This document shows positions 1 to 9,933 of a stretch of DNA of 64,000 nucleotides, in pieces. Numbering within the stretch: the stretch's first letter is position 1; each line of letters starts with the position of its first letter. The stretch covers positions 55,603 to 119,602 of the forward strand of contig JBGAKW010000015.1 of the NCBI GenBank assembly GCA_044224185.1, given 5' to 3'. The position numbers were made by a program, and so were the translations under genes. The notes beneath the pieces are model-generated. The model made no database searches and was not told the DNA's origin. It saw only the letters and a list, made by a program, of their open reading frames with translations. Source of the DNA: Gemmatimonadaceae bacterium (GTDB lineage: Bacteria > Gemmatimonadota > Gemmatimonadetes > Gemmatimonadales > Gemmatimonadaceae).

Positions 1-42
1 GCGGCACGAGATGCACGCAAGGCGATGAAGGGGGGAGGCGAG

Positions 43-64
43 GCCTAACGAAAGAGCGTTAGGC
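43..64. repeat. Inverted pair of the 8-mer: GCCTAACG-aaagag-CGTTAGGC (8-bp stem, 6-nt loop), overlapping the stop codon of the 59..478 gene. Possible terminator hairpin.
   Basis: Perfect complementarity is read directly. The TTA at 59-61 is the minus-strand TAA stop. Confidence 0.8.
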
Positions 65-478
65 GCTTTGCCTGTCAGGCGCGATGTCCGGAAGCGTGTA
101 CGTGAACGCGTAGGCGTGCTTTCCTTCGGTGATCTCGATGGTCATTGAACCGGCGAGTCCTGCGAGCTCGCCGGAGCCGGAGTCGGGAACGACAGTGAGA
201 GCGAGGTGCGCAGCGCCCCGGTTCATCGTCCCGCTGTGCTGCAGGACGAACGATCCTGTGCGACCATGGAGCGTTCCGGTCACGCGTTCAAGGGCGACAT
301 AGCCGGCCGAGCCCTTGGTGCCGGTGACGGCGCTCAACATCTCGCCTTTGCTTGTGGCGGCGAGATCGCCCCGAAATTCCTTGTCGATGGAGAGTCGGGC
401 GAGTTTCGTCCCGTCGGCGTGTTCTTCTGCCCACATCGGGGCGAGCTTGACGTTGAACGGACCGTTGGCGTTAGGCAT
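59..478 (-). CDS. DUF3224-like small protein (140 aa from MPNANGPF...)
   Basis: The ORF 59..748 is trimmed to the internal ATG at 478. The part upstream of it is low-complexity and overlaps the start of the next gene. The C-terminal 140 aa (KLAPMWAEEH...GTLHGRTGSFVLQHSG...) resemble DUF3224 proteins from memory. Confidence 0.65.
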   Translation of the reverse strand: MPNANGPFNVKLAPMWAEEHADGTKLARLSIDKEFRGDLAATSKGEMLSAVTGTKGSAGYVALERVTGTLHGRTGSFVLQHSGTMNRGAAHLALTVVPDSGSGELAGLAGSMTIEITEGKHAYAFTYTLPDIAPDRQSA

Positions 479-741
479 GTCGTGTGTCAGCGAGTGCAGA
501 AGTCGAAACGAGGCCGGTGCGCCGGTAGGGTGTAGGATCGATGAGGACCGGATAGCGCCCCGGAATCTTGGGGTGACAGAAGCGCTGATCAGCCCCTGGC
601 GGGCACGACATAGCTGCATTTCACATTCGGAGCAACGCCGTCTATCGATGCCGCGTACCTTCGACGAGGGTCGTTCCGCATGCGCCCGCACCAAAACAAA
701 AACCAACACCAGCACCTGCACCAGCGATTGGGAGAATACTG

Positions 742-3700
742 ATGACATTCATTGTCCGTTCAGAATCGCCGACGCGCCAGATGAGTTGGCGAATGTTTGC
801 GATCGCGGCTGTCTCGTTAGGCAGCGTCGTCACCACAGCCGCCTCTGGCCAGGCGGCGCGAAAGCCGTCCGCGGCCGCAGCGACAGCCCGTGTGCCAATG
901 ATGGTCGCCGATACTGCCCTGTTTGCCGCATTGCGATGGCGTGAGGTAGGGCCGGCACGCGGAGGACGATCCGTCGCCGTGGCTGGCTCGGCGCAACGGC
1001 CGCTCGAATACTGGATGGGGACCACCGGCGGCGGCGTATTCAAGACGACCGACGGGGGCATGAACTGGGCCCCTGCTTCGGATCGTTATTTCGGCGGAAC
1101 GGTTGGCGCGATCGCCGTCGACAACACGAATGCAGATGTCGTGTGGGTCGGCGGCGGCGAAACCGACATTCGCGGCAACGTCTCGAGCGGCGACGGACTC
1201 TGGAAGACGACCGACGCCGGCAAGACGTGGAATCTCCTCGGCTTCCGCAACGACTACATCTCGACCATTCGCATTCATCCGAGCATCGCCAACGTCGCAT
1301 ACATCGGCGTGTTCGGCGATCCATTCAAACCGACGCAGGATCGCGGACTCTACAAGACCACAGACGGCGGAAAGACGTTCAAGAAGGTCTTGTTCGAGAG
1401 CGACTCCGCTGGCGTCATCGACATTTCGATGGACATGAACAACCCCGAAGTGCTCTACGTCGCCACGTGGCAGGCGTGGCGCGCGCCATGGGGGATGTCA
1501 TCGGGAGGCGTGCACTCCGCGCTCTTCAAGACGACCGATGGCGGTGCGACCTGGACCAACCTGACGAAGACGGCGAAAGGGATTCCGTCGGGAGTTGTCG
1601 GGAAGATCGGTGTGGCCGCTTCGCCGGTGCGTTCGGGGTTGGTGTGGGCGCTCATTGAGCATGACTCCGGCGGCGTGTATCGGTCGAACGATGGCGGCGC
1701 GACGTGGTCCTACATCAACCGCGAACGGAAACTGCGCCAGCGCGCCTGGTATTACACGCAGATCTACGCCGATCCGAAAGACACGAACGTTGTGTACGCG
1801 CTGAACACCGGAGCCTACAAGTCGACAGACGGCGGAAAGTCGTTCCCGATTTCCTTTCAGGTGCCCCACGGGGACAATCATGATCTGTGGATCGCGCCTA
1901 ACGATCCTAGCCGGATGATCAACGGCAACGACGGTGGCGCCAACGTGAGTTATACGGCGGGACGCACGTGGACCGAGCAGCGCTTTGCGACGGCGCAGTT
2001 CTATCACGTTGCGACCACGGCGGAATGGCCCTACAACATCTGCGGCGCACAGCAGGACAACTCGACGCTGTGCGGACCGAGTCGCAAGAGTGGCAGCATT
2101 CAGATCGGCGACTGGTACGATGCCGGAGGCTGCGAATCGGGGTACATCGCAACACATCCGCTTAAGCCTAACGTGACCTTTGCCGGATGTTACGGTGGCA
2201 ATCTTGACCGGAAGGATCGTTCGACTGACTTCACGCGCGACGTGACCGTCTATCCGCGCAATCCGATGGGGCATTCATCGGAAGACATCAAGATTCGTTT
2301 TCAGTGGACATTCCCGATCGTCTTCTCGCGTCACAATCCGAATGTCCTGTATGCCGGTGGCTCGCGCCTCTTCCGCTCGACGAACGAAGGAGAAAGCTGG
2401 ACCGCCGTATCGCCTGACTTGGCGCGCAAGGATCCCCGCACCATGGGACCATCGGGTGGCCCAATCACGAAGGACCAGACAGGGGTCGAGACCTACGCGC
2501 TGATCTTTGCGTTTGACGAATCGCCGGTGACACCCGGGCTTCTCTGGATTGGGACCGACGACGGATTGGTCTGGATTTCGCGCAACAACGGCGTGACGTG
2601 GGACAACGTGACGCCGAAAGACATGGGCGATTTCACGCGCGTCTCGATCATCGAGCCATCGCACTACTCGGCGGGAACGGCGTACATGGCGGCGAACCGG
2701 TACGCGTTAGGCGACAACCGCCCCATCCTCTACAAGACGACGGACTACGGCAAGACGTGGACCCACATCGAGACGGGCATCGCCGCTGACCATTTCACGC
2801 GCACCATCCGCGAAGATCCCGTTAGGCGCGGTCTGCTGTTCGCGGGCACCGAGCGAGGCGTGTACGTCTCGTTCGACGATGGCGGGCACTGGCAGTGGCT
2901 GCAGCGAAATCTCCCGCTCGTTCCCGTGCACGACCTGACGATTCGTGACAACGACGTCATCCTCGCAACGCACGGGCGCTCGTTCTGGGTGATGGACGAC
3001 ATCTCGGCTCTTCGTCAGTACACGCCGCAGATGGCCGAGCAGAGTGCGCACCTGTTCAAGCCCACCGATGCGTATCGCACGCAGTGGAGTGGTGGTGGCG
3101 GCGGTGGCGGACGCCCGGCAAACGGCATGGTCGGGGCGAATCCACCGTCAGGCGCAATCGTCTACTACATGCTCAAGTCGCCGAACCAGAAGGTCTCGCT
3201 CGACTTCATGGACGCGAAGGGCGACGTCATTCAGTCGTTCACCAGCGACATGGATCCCGAAGCGGCGGCGGACTCCGTGCGTCAGCAAACGCTGCGCGCC
3301 GGCCGCATCGACTCGTTGGTGAAGGCTGGGCTGTCGCGCGACAGCGCGACGCGCGTGGCCAGCGCACGCGGAGCCCGCGCGGGAGGCGGTGGTGACGACG
3401 AAGACGCGCCGCGTCGTCCGACGCGTCCTCGCGTGCCGAACAAGGCCGGACTCAACATGTTTGCGTGGAACCTGCGCTACCCCGACGCGGTGTCGTTCGA
3501 TCGCCTGATCATGTGGGCGGCGAACACGGCCGGTCCCGTTGCTCCTCCGGGCACGTATGCCGTGCGCCTAACGAGTGGTGGCGAGAGCCAAACCCAGCGC
3601 TTTGTCGTCAAACGCGATCCGCGCGGCTCAGCGACCGATGCGGACTTGCTCGAGCAGTTCAAGCTCCTCATCGCCATTCGCGACAAGACCTCGGAAGCCA

Positions 3701-4134
3701 ACAACGCGGTCCGCACCGTGCGCAACATGCGCTGGCAGGTGGGCGATCGCACGCCGAAGCTCACCGGTGCCAACGCCGACGAGTTCAAGAAGCTGTCCGG
3801 CGAAATGATGGGCGAATTGAAGCAGGGCGAGGAATCGGTCTATCAGGTGCGGAACGAGAGCGGTCAGGACCCACTCAACTTCCCGATTCGCCTCAACAAC
3901 GAGATTGCTGGCGTCGCGTCGTTCGTGGGGCAGGGAGAGTACCGTCCGACGAAACAGGCGTATCAGGTCTTTGACGAGCTGAAGGTCGAACTGGACGCGC
4001 AGCTCAAGGCCATCAAGGGTGCGATAGACAAGCGATTGCCACGTCTCAATGAAATTCTCCGCGCGGCGGGGCTGCAGGAGCTCAAGCCAAGCACCGAAGA
4101 GATCAAACCGAACAAGCCTAACGTCGCGATGTAG
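742..4134 (+). CDS. Secreted BNR/Asp-box repeat protein, sortilin/VPS10-like (glycosyl-hydrolase-like beta-propellers)
   Basis: 1130-aa ORF with repeated Asp-box-like motifs (TTDGGMNW, TTDAGKTW, TTDGGKTF, TTDGGATW, SNDGGATW, STDGGKSF, STNEGESW, TTDYGKTW, FDDGGHWQ) and an N-terminal signal-like segment. The start could be 742 or the ATG at 781. Confidence 0.85.
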   Translation: MTFIVRSESPTRQMSWRMFAIAAVSLGSVVTTAASGQAARKPSAAAATARVPMMVADTALFAALRWREVGPARGGRSVAVAGSAQRPLEYWMGTTGGGVFKTTDGGMNWAPASDRYFGGTVGAIAVDNTNADVVWVGGGETDIRGNVSSGDGLWKTTDAGKTWNLLGFRNDYISTIRIHPSIANVAYIGVFGDPFKPTQDRGLYKTTDGGKTFKKVLFESDSAGVIDISMDMNNPEVLYVATWQAWRAPWGMSSGGVHSALFKTTDGGATWTNLTKTAKGIPSGVVGKIGVAASPVRSGLVWALIEHDSGGVYRSNDGGATWSYINRERKLRQRAWYYTQIYADPKDTNVVYALNTGAYKSTDGGKSFPISFQVPHGDNHDLWIAPNDPSRMINGNDGGANVSYTAGRTWTEQRFATAQFYHVATTAEWPYNICGAQQDNSTLCGPSRKSGSIQIGDWYDAGGCESGYIATHPLKPNVTFAGCYGGNLDRKDRSTDFTRDVTVYPRNPMGHSSEDIKIRFQWTFPIVFSRHNPNVLYAGGSRLFRSTNEGESWTAVSPDLARKDPRTMGPSGGPITKDQTGVETYALIFAFDESPVTPGLLWIGTDDGLVWISRNNGVTWDNVTPKDMGDFTRVSIIEPSHYSAGTAYMAANRYALGDNRPILYKTTDYGKTWTHIETGIAADHFTRTIREDPVRRGLLFAGTERGVYVSFDDGGHWQWLQRNLPLVPVHDLTIRDNDVILATHGRSFWVMDDISALRQYTPQMAEQSAHLFKPTDAYRTQWSGGGGGGGRPANGMVGANPPSGAIVYYMLKSPNQKVSLDFMDAKGDVIQSFTSDMDPEAAADSVRQQTLRAGRIDSLVKAGLSRDSATRVASARGARAGGGGDDEDAPRRPTRPRVPNKAGLNMFAWNLRYPDAVSFDRLIMWAANTAGPVAPPGTYAVRLTSGGESQTQRFVVKRDPRGSATDADLLEQFKLLIAIRDKTSEANNAVRTVRNMRWQVGDRTPKLTGANADEFKKLSGEMMGELKQGEESVYQVRNESGQDPLNFPIRLNNEIAGVASFVGQGEYRPTKQAYQVFDELKVELDAQLKAIKGAIDKRLPRLNEILRAAGLQELKPSTEEIKPNKPNVAM

Positions 4135-4166
4135 GGCGTTAGGCGATCGATATATCATTTGCGGAT

Positions 4167-4203
4167 GAGCGCCCGAACGCGTTATTTGCGCGCTCGGGCG
4201 CTC
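4167..4203 (+). terminator. GC-rich hairpin between the BNR gene and the sulfotransferase gene (15-bp stem with one mismatch, loop ttatttg)
   Basis: gagcgcccgaacgcg / cgcgctcgggcgctc is read directly. No clear U-tract follows, so terminator function is uncertain. Confidence 0.45.
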
Positions 4204-4235
4204 AGCACATCGATGTCATCTCTTTCTGCACTCCG

Positions 4236-5360
4236 ATGTTCGTACTCTGGTGGATCCTCGGACTCGTTATCCTCGCCTTCGTCGCCTGGATGGTGATGGG
4301 GACGTATCTCGCCGGTGTGCTCAAGTGGGAAGATGAGCACAGTGTCGGGTTGGCATATTACGGACTTCCCCCTGAGGGGCGCGCACAGTTCAAGGAGACG
4401 CTCCGCAAACACGCCAGGCGTCTGGCGCCAATCATCGCCCTCAACTCCAAGCTTGCGAAGCTCGACTTCAACAAGTCGCGCATTTCGTACAAGGGCGTGT
4501 CAGGCCCGATGGGGAGTTGCAGCGAGGAGACGTTCGCCAAGGCGAACGCTTACACGCCGCGCCCCGAAGACGTCTTCGTCGTGACGCAGATGAAGTGTGG
4601 CACCACGTGGATGCAACACGTCGTCTACGAGGTGTTGAATCGCGGTGCCGGCAATCTGGTCGAGACAGGAACGGCGATGTACGCCATCGCCCCATGGATC
4701 GAAGGGCGCCGGTCGGTATCGATCGAGGACGCACCACTCATCGGGAACGAGCGCCCCTCGCGCATCATCAAGACGCACCTTCCCGCACAACTCCTCCCGT
4801 TCTCTCGTCAGGCAAAATACATCTACGTCGCTCGGCACCCGGTGTCGTGTTTTGCGTCGTGCATCGACTTTGTGGACACCAACGTCGGTGAGATGTCGCC
4901 TGACATTCCCGCGTTCGAAGCCTGGTTCACGAATCCGAGCACGATGTGGTGGGGGACGTGGACCGATCACGTGAAGGGATGGTGGGAGAAATCGAAGGCC
5001 GAGCCTAACGTGTTGTTCGTGCACTTCGAGGAGATGAAGAAGGATCTGCCCGGCGTCACGCAGCGCGTCGCTGACTTTCTCGGTGTGGCTCCGCTGAGCG
5101 ACGCGGAACTCGCGAGCGCCGTGCACAAGTGCGGCTTTGACTATATGCAGGAACATCAGGACAACTTCGAAATGCATCCGCCGCACATTCTGCAGACCAA
5201 GGCAGAGCTCTTCGTGTCGGGGACGGCCGATCGTTACAAGAACGTCCCAGCCGATGTGCGTGCGCGCGTGGCCACATGGGTCGTGCGCGAAATGGCGTCG
5301 AGCGACTATCCGCTCGCCGTGCGATACCCGGACGTCGCGGCGGCCGGTGCACGCTCGTGA
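4236..5360 (+). CDS. Membrane-anchored sulfotransferase-domain protein
   Basis: N-terminal TM helix, PAPS 5'-phosphosulfate loop TQMKCGTTWMQHVV, and YIYVARHPVS as the 3'-phosphate-binding region. Confidence 0.8.
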   Translation: MFVLWWILGLVILAFVAWMVMGTYLAGVLKWEDEHSVGLAYYGLPPEGRAQFKETLRKHARRLAPIIALNSKLAKLDFNKSRISYKGVSGPMGSCSEETFAKANAYTPRPEDVFVVTQMKCGTTWMQHVVYEVLNRGAGNLVETGTAMYAIAPWIEGRRSVSIEDAPLIGNERPSRIIKTHLPAQLLPFSRQAKYIYVARHPVSCFASCIDFVDTNVGEMSPDIPAFEAWFTNPSTMWWGTWTDHVKGWWEKSKAEPNVLFVHFEEMKKDLPGVTQRVADFLGVAPLSDAELASAVHKCGFDYMQEHQDNFEMHPPHILQTKAELFVSGTADRYKNVPADVRARVATWVVREMASSDYPLAVRYPDVAAAGARS

Positions 5361-6156
5361 CGTCGACGTTCGCGTCGGGACGGCGACGCTGCGCGTGCGC
5401 CGCCTCTCGCACGCGGCAATACCGGAGCCCGATCGCCTAACGATTGTCTTCCTGCACGACTCGTTAGGGTGCATTGCGCTCTGGCGCGACTTCCCCGAGC
5501 AACTCGCCCTCGCTACGCAGTGCGACGCACTCGTCTACGACCGGCAGGGGTACGGCGAGTCGTCGCCGTTCGACGCTCCTCCGCGCACAACGCAATACCT
5601 CGAGGAGGAAGCCGATCGTCTTCCCGATCTCCTCGGCGCCTGCGGCGTGGAACGCGCCATCCTGTTCGGACACAGCGACGGCGGTTCGATCGCACTCGTT
5701 GCAGCTGCCAAGCACCCCACGGGCATTCAGGCGGTCGTCAGCGAAGGGGCGCACGTCTTTGTAGAAGACATCACGCTCGATGGAATCCGGCACGCGCGTG
5801 AATTGATGCGTACCACCGATCTCCGCTCGCGTGTCGCGCGCTACCACGGCACGCGCACCGACGACGTCATCGCACGGTGGATCGAGACCTGGCTCCGCCC
5901 AGAATTTCGCGACTTCAACATCGAGCACTTTCTGCGCGGCATACGCGTGCCAACACTCGTGTTGCAGGGCATGCGCGATGAATTCGGGAGCGAGGCCCAG
6001 GTCCGGGCGATCGCCGGTGGCGTTGCCGCGGCGAGCGAAGCGCACATGATCCCCGGCGCGGCGCACAATCCGCACAAGGAAGCGACCGAGGACACGCTGC
6101 GAATCACGGTCGCGTTCCTGCGAAAGCACGGAGTGATTGCGTCGCCTAACGACTAA
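5347..6156 (+). CDS. Alpha/beta-fold hydrolase
   Basis: Nucleophile elbow GHSDGGSIAL, LQGMRDEF, and a C-terminal His (AAHNPHKE). The ORF opens at 5137, but that extension overlaps the sulfotransferase. The GTG at 5347 is my best guess for the start. Confidence 0.7.
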   Translation: MHARDVDVRVGTATLRVRRLSHAAIPEPDRLTIVFLHDSLGCIALWRDFPEQLALATQCDALVYDRQGYGESSPFDAPPRTTQYLEEEADRLPDLLGACGVERAILFGHSDGGSIALVAAAKHPTGIQAVVSEGAHVFVEDITLDGIRHARELMRTTDLRSRVARYHGTRTDDVIARWIETWLRPEFRDFNIEHFLRGIRVPTLVLQGMRDEFGSEAQVRAIAGGVAAASEAHMIPGAAHNPHKEATEDTLRITVAFLRKHGVIASPND

Positions 6157-6172
6157 ACCAGCGGCGATAGCA

Positions 6173-8854
6173 TTACTTCCTGATGGCCGCGGCGGTATCG
6201 GCCAGCTCGCGCCGGAAGCGCTGCGCGTCAGCGGTTCGCCCCAGCGAGTCGTACTCGGCGGCGAGATCGGTGCGCGCGAACTTCATCCACGTCGCTGGCT
6301 GTTCCTTCTGCTTCGCCATCACGTCGTAGCCGGCGCGCGTTTCCTTTTCCGCGTCGCCCGCCCGCCCCTGGCGCAACACCGCCCGCCCCAGGCGGATGCG
6401 CGCGATCGCCACCAGCTGATGATCGGGGGCGAGTACATCTGAGTAACGCCGCAGTACCTCCCGAAAAATCCGCTCCGCCCCCGCGTTGTCACCTCTCTCC
6501 TGCCTAACGCCGGCAAGGTTGGACAGCGCGATCCCGATGAGGTAGTGCTTGTCGTTGTACACCTTCTTGTACACGTCAGCCATGCGGGTGAAGTCGTGCT
6601 CCGCCTCGTCGAGTTGTCCGCGCTGTTGCGCGATGCGCCCCAGCTCATTGAGCGCCGATGCGACGCGAGGGTGCACCGGGCCGTACACTCGTTCGGTGAT
6701 CCCCACCGCACGCGACAGGAGCGTCTGCGCCTCGTCCAACCGCTTCTGCGAGACGAGGACGCGGCCAAGCATCGTTAGGCTCGACGCGGTTTCCGGATTG
6801 TCTTCGCCGTACCAGTTGCGGAAGATGTCGAGTGCCTCGCGGTAGTACTTCTCCGCCTCTGGCAAATGCCCCCACTCGAACTGCACCGCGCCCAGGTTGA
6901 TCAAGTCGTCGCCGACATTGGGATGACGTTCGCCGTGCAGCGCGCGATCGAGTGCGAGCACCCGGCGATTGATCGAATCCGAAATCGCGTAACGCCCTTC
7001 GTAGAAATGGCAGTTGGCGAGTTCGGTCAGTGTTTCTGCCAAGTCCGCGGTGGTGTCTCCCTGGATGGCGAAGCGCGCGGCGGCGTCTTCGAGGACCGGA
7101 ATCGCCGCTGCGTAGTCGCCGCGATTCTCCAGAATGCGTCCGAGCGCGGTGGTGGCGCGGGCGATGGCGGGGTGGGTGGGGGGAAGGGTGCGTTTGCTCG
7201 TCTCGAGGGCAGCCCGCACGAGCGATTCGGCGGGTGCATACTCTGCCTGTGCATCGCGCAACAAGCCCAGCGCCACCATTCCTCGCGCAACGTCAGGTGA
7301 CTCGGCGGGGAGTGCACTGCGGCGCCTAACGAGCGAGGCGCGGAGGAGGGAATCGGCCTTTGGGAGTTGCCCCAACTGCATGTAAACGGAGCCGAGTGTC
7401 TCGAGCAGCTCGCCTTGAACGACCGGCTCCCCGCTGAGGGCGCCCGCCTCGTGTACACCTCGTGCGAGAAGTTCCACGACGCGCAGTGATTCCGCCGGTG
7501 CCGCCATCGCGTCGCCCGCATCGAACAGCGACAGCATGAACCGCTGGATGCGCTGCGAGCGCGCGGCCTCGGCCACCGCTTCATTCCGTGCCCGCGTGAG
7601 GCGAATCGTATAGAACGCCGTCAACCCGATGAGCAGCGTGAGCGCCAGCGACGCCAGTGTGACGTCCCGCGCATTGCGCCGCACGAACTTGCTGGCGCGA
7701 TATCGCAGCGAGTCCGGACGCGCTTCGAGCGGCTCCGCTGCCACGAAGTGGTCGATGTCGCGGATGAGCGCTTCGACCGACCGATAGCGCCGTGCGGGAT
7801 CCTTGTGCATTGCCGTTAGGCACAGCACATCGAGGTCACTCCAGCTCGTCGGGCTGACGTTCGGGAGCGGGGTGCGCTCGCGGTGCGCCGCCATCACCGA
7901 CGGGCGCTCTGCGTCGCTCCCGGTGATCATCGCCGCCGCTTCGGCTGGTGTGTGTCCCGCGACCTCGAACGGCACGCGCCCGGCCAGCAACTCGTACAAC
8001 ACCACGCCTAACGCATAGACGTCGGTGTGGACGCCGACGTCGCCGCCTTGCACCTGCTCCGGTGCCGCGTACGCGGGTGTCATCAGGCGCAGCCCGGTGC
8101 GCGTTGCCTCTTCACTCCCCAGCGTTTCGAGCTGCTTCGCGATGCCGAAGTCGAGGAGCTTCACGCTCCCTTCGTTCGTGACAAGGATGTTCGACGGCTT
8201 GAGGTCGCGATGCACCACGAGATGCTGATGGGCGTGTCGTACCGCCTCACACACCTCGCGAAAGAGGCGCAGCCGCTCCTGCAATCCACAGTTAGTTACG
8301 CGACAGTGCTCGGTGAGCGAACGCCCTTCCACGTACTCCATCACGAACCACGGCGTCCCTTCGGGGAGTGTCCCGGCGTCGTAGAGCCGCGCGATCCCGG
8401 GATGAAGGAGCCGGGCGAGGGTGCGCTGCTCGTCGGCAAAGCGGCGCCGTCGCGCCGGCGAGAGCCACGCATCGCGCAGGACCTTTACCGCCGCCGCACT
8501 CCCCAGATCGTCGCGGGTGGCGAGGTACACGACGCCCATCCCGCCTTCGCCGAGTCGCCGCGTGACGCGCCACGCCCCAAAGGGATGCGTGGGGAGGTGG
8601 TCGCCGTCGCTGTGCTCGAGAATCGCCTGCGCGGCGTGTTCGATTCCTCCGTCCAGAATCGCCACGTCACGCGCATCATCCTCGAGCAGCTCGAGCACCT
8701 CGCGCACCAATGACTCATCGCCGCCACTTGCACGGGCCACGATCTCGCGCCACTCGTTAGGCGGCTGCTCCGCCGCCAGGTGAAAGAGCGCCTGCACGCG
8801 CTCCCAGCGCGCTGCCCGTGCCTCGCGGTCGGTGAGCGGCGCGTTCGCCATCAC
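6173..8854 (-). CDS. Ser/Thr protein kinase with TM segment and C-terminal TPR repeats
   Basis: HRDLKPSNIL catalytic loop, DFGIAK, TPAYAAPEQ, and a long TPR-like C-terminal half. The start is GTG 8854 or ATG 8851, directly abutting the sigma-factor stop. Confidence 0.9.
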   Translation of the reverse strand: MMANAPLTDREARAARWERVQALFHLAAEQPPNEWREIVARASGGDESLVREVLELLEDDARDVAILDGGIEHAAQAILEHSDGDHLPTHPFGAWRVTRRLGEGGMGVVYLATRDDLGSAAAVKVLRDAWLSPARRRRFADEQRTLARLLHPGIARLYDAGTLPEGTPWFVMEYVEGRSLTEHCRVTNCGLQERLRLFREVCEAVRHAHQHLVVHRDLKPSNILVTNEGSVKLLDFGIAKQLETLGSEEATRTGLRLMTPAYAAPEQVQGGDVGVHTDVYALGVVLYELLAGRVPFEVAGHTPAEAAAMITGSDAERPSVMAAHRERTPLPNVSPTSWSDLDVLCLTAMHKDPARRYRSVEALIRDIDHFVAAEPLEARPDSLRYRASKFVRRNARDVTLASLALTLLIGLTAFYTIRLTRARNEAVAEAARSQRIQRFMLSLFDAGDAMAAPAESLRVVELLARGVHEAGALSGEPVVQGELLETLGSVYMQLGQLPKADSLLRASLVRRRSALPAESPDVARGMVALGLLRDAQAEYAPAESLVRAALETSKRTLPPTHPAIARATTALGRILENRGDYAAAIPVLEDAAARFAIQGDTTADLAETLTELANCHFYEGRYAISDSINRRVLALDRALHGERHPNVGDDLINLGAVQFEWGHLPEAEKYYREALDIFRNWYGEDNPETASSLTMLGRVLVSQKRLDEAQTLLSRAVGITERVYGPVHPRVASALNELGRIAQQRGQLDEAEHDFTRMADVYKKVYNDKHYLIGIALSNLAGVRQERGDNAGAERIFREVLRRYSDVLAPDHQLVAIARIRLGRAVLRQGRAGDAEKETRAGYDVMAKQKEQPATWMKFARTDLAAEYDSLGRTADAQRFRRELADTAAAIRK

Positions 8855-9454
8855 TCACACATGGCGCCGAAGCTCGCGCGCCAGCCACGCGCGCGCCGCG
8901 CGCCAGTCGCGCAATACCGTCGCTTCCGAAACCCCAAGCAGCGCCGCCGTCTCCGATACCTCCAAGCCACCAAAAAATCGCGACTCCACCATCAGCGCCT
9001 GACGCGGATTGAGCCTCGCCAACTCTTCGAGCGCCGCATCCAACGCGAGCAGGTCGTGACTCGCCGTCGCCGGCTGCGCCAGCGCGTCGTCAAACGTCAC
9101 GAAGGCAACGTCGCCCCCTCCGCGCTTCTCCGCGCTCCGGCGCCGCGCCGCTTCGACCAACACCTGCCGCATCGCACGCGCCGCTATACGCTTGAAGTGC
9201 AGCGGCGACGTCGATGCCAACTCAGGCGACCCGGCCAACTTGAGCCACGCCTCGTTGACCAACGCCGTCGGCGTGATCGTCGCACTGGGATCGCCGCGCT
9301 TCACGCTCGACGCGAGGCGTCGCAGCTCCTCGTACGTCACGCTGAATAAATGATCCAACGCCGCCCGGTCTCCACGTCCATCAACGCCATCGGTGGACGG
9401 GAGTGCCAGGCCGGGATCAGTCTCGCGCTGCTTGTCCGAACTACCTAACGACAT
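8855..9454 (-). CDS. ECF-type RNA polymerase sigma factor (Sigma70_ECF-like, kinase-associated type)
   Basis: Region 2-like FSVTYEELRRLA, and region 4 HTH EVSETAALLGVSEATVLRDWRAARAWL. Its stop codon is adjacent to the kinase start. Confidence 0.85.
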   Translation of the reverse strand: MSLGSSDKQRETDPGLALPSTDGVDGRGDRAALDHLFSVTYEELRRLASSVKRGDPSATITPTALVNEAWLKLAGSPELASTSPLHFKRIAARAMRQVLVEAARRRSAEKRGGGDVAFVTFDDALAQPATASHDLLALDAALEELARLNPRQALMVESRFFGGLEVSETAALLGVSEATVLRDWRAARAWLARELRRHV

Positions 9455-9756
9455 GTCGCTTCATCCGGCGCATCCAGGAATGCGATATGAGAGGAGGGCG
9501 GCGAATCCGCGCGATGGACACGAAGATCGTGCGGGGGAAGCGAGGGAGGAATTGTCGTCGGGTTGGACGACGTAGCATACGACGCGCGCCGAGCCGAACA
9601 ACTGCGCGCTAGCCTAGCACGCGAAGCGCCACTCGTGCAACACCGCGCGAGCAATTCGCCGGACTCGTCAGGCAGCGGTGGGCATGTCAGTTGCACCAGC
9701 AGAGCCACGAGCATTCGTCGTGCGTGCCTGCACCTCTCTCTTACGTAGGAGGCGCC

Positions 9757-9933
9757 GTGTCATTCTCTCTTTTTCTCGTCGGCTTCATAATTCTCATTGC
9801 TGGGGTGGCGTGGGGACTGACGGTCGCCGGTCTCTCGCAGACGTACGTCATGATCGCGTGCCTCATCTTGCTTGGGCTGGGCATCACGATGGGGGTAACG
9901 CGCACTCGCCCCAAGGATCCGCCCGCCGCCTGA
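9757..9933 (+). CDS. Small two-TM membrane protein (58 aa), hypothetical
   Basis: GTG at 9757 lies 4 nt after a strong AGGAGG (9747-9752). Two hydrophobic helices: FSLFLVGFIILIAGVAWGL and VMIACLILLGLGITMGV. Confidence 0.45.
   Translation: MSFSLFLVGFIILIAGVAWGLTVAGLSQTYVMIACLILLGLGITMGVTRTRPKDPPAA

Noticed and set aside
3085-3110. (GGT/GGC)n run encoding a poly-Gly stretch in the BNR protein
   Set aside because: A short in-frame low-complexity linker with no sign of frameshift or variability from a single sequence.
5137-5346. N-terminal extensions of several ORF-track entries (5137, 11999, 13294, 21087, 31046, 43996, 59..748, 42853..43524, 59362..60594)
   Set aside because: The extensions overlap the upstream gene or are low-complexity. 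Internal starts give proteins that begin at the conserved domain or signal peptide, often with ATGA/GTGA coupling.
4500-5474. 324-aa ORF antisense to the sulfotransferase gene
   Set aside because: Arg/Pro/Ser-rich low-complexity translation with no recognisable motifs. It fully overlaps a well-supported CDS. This is a typical shadow ORF of high-GC DNA.
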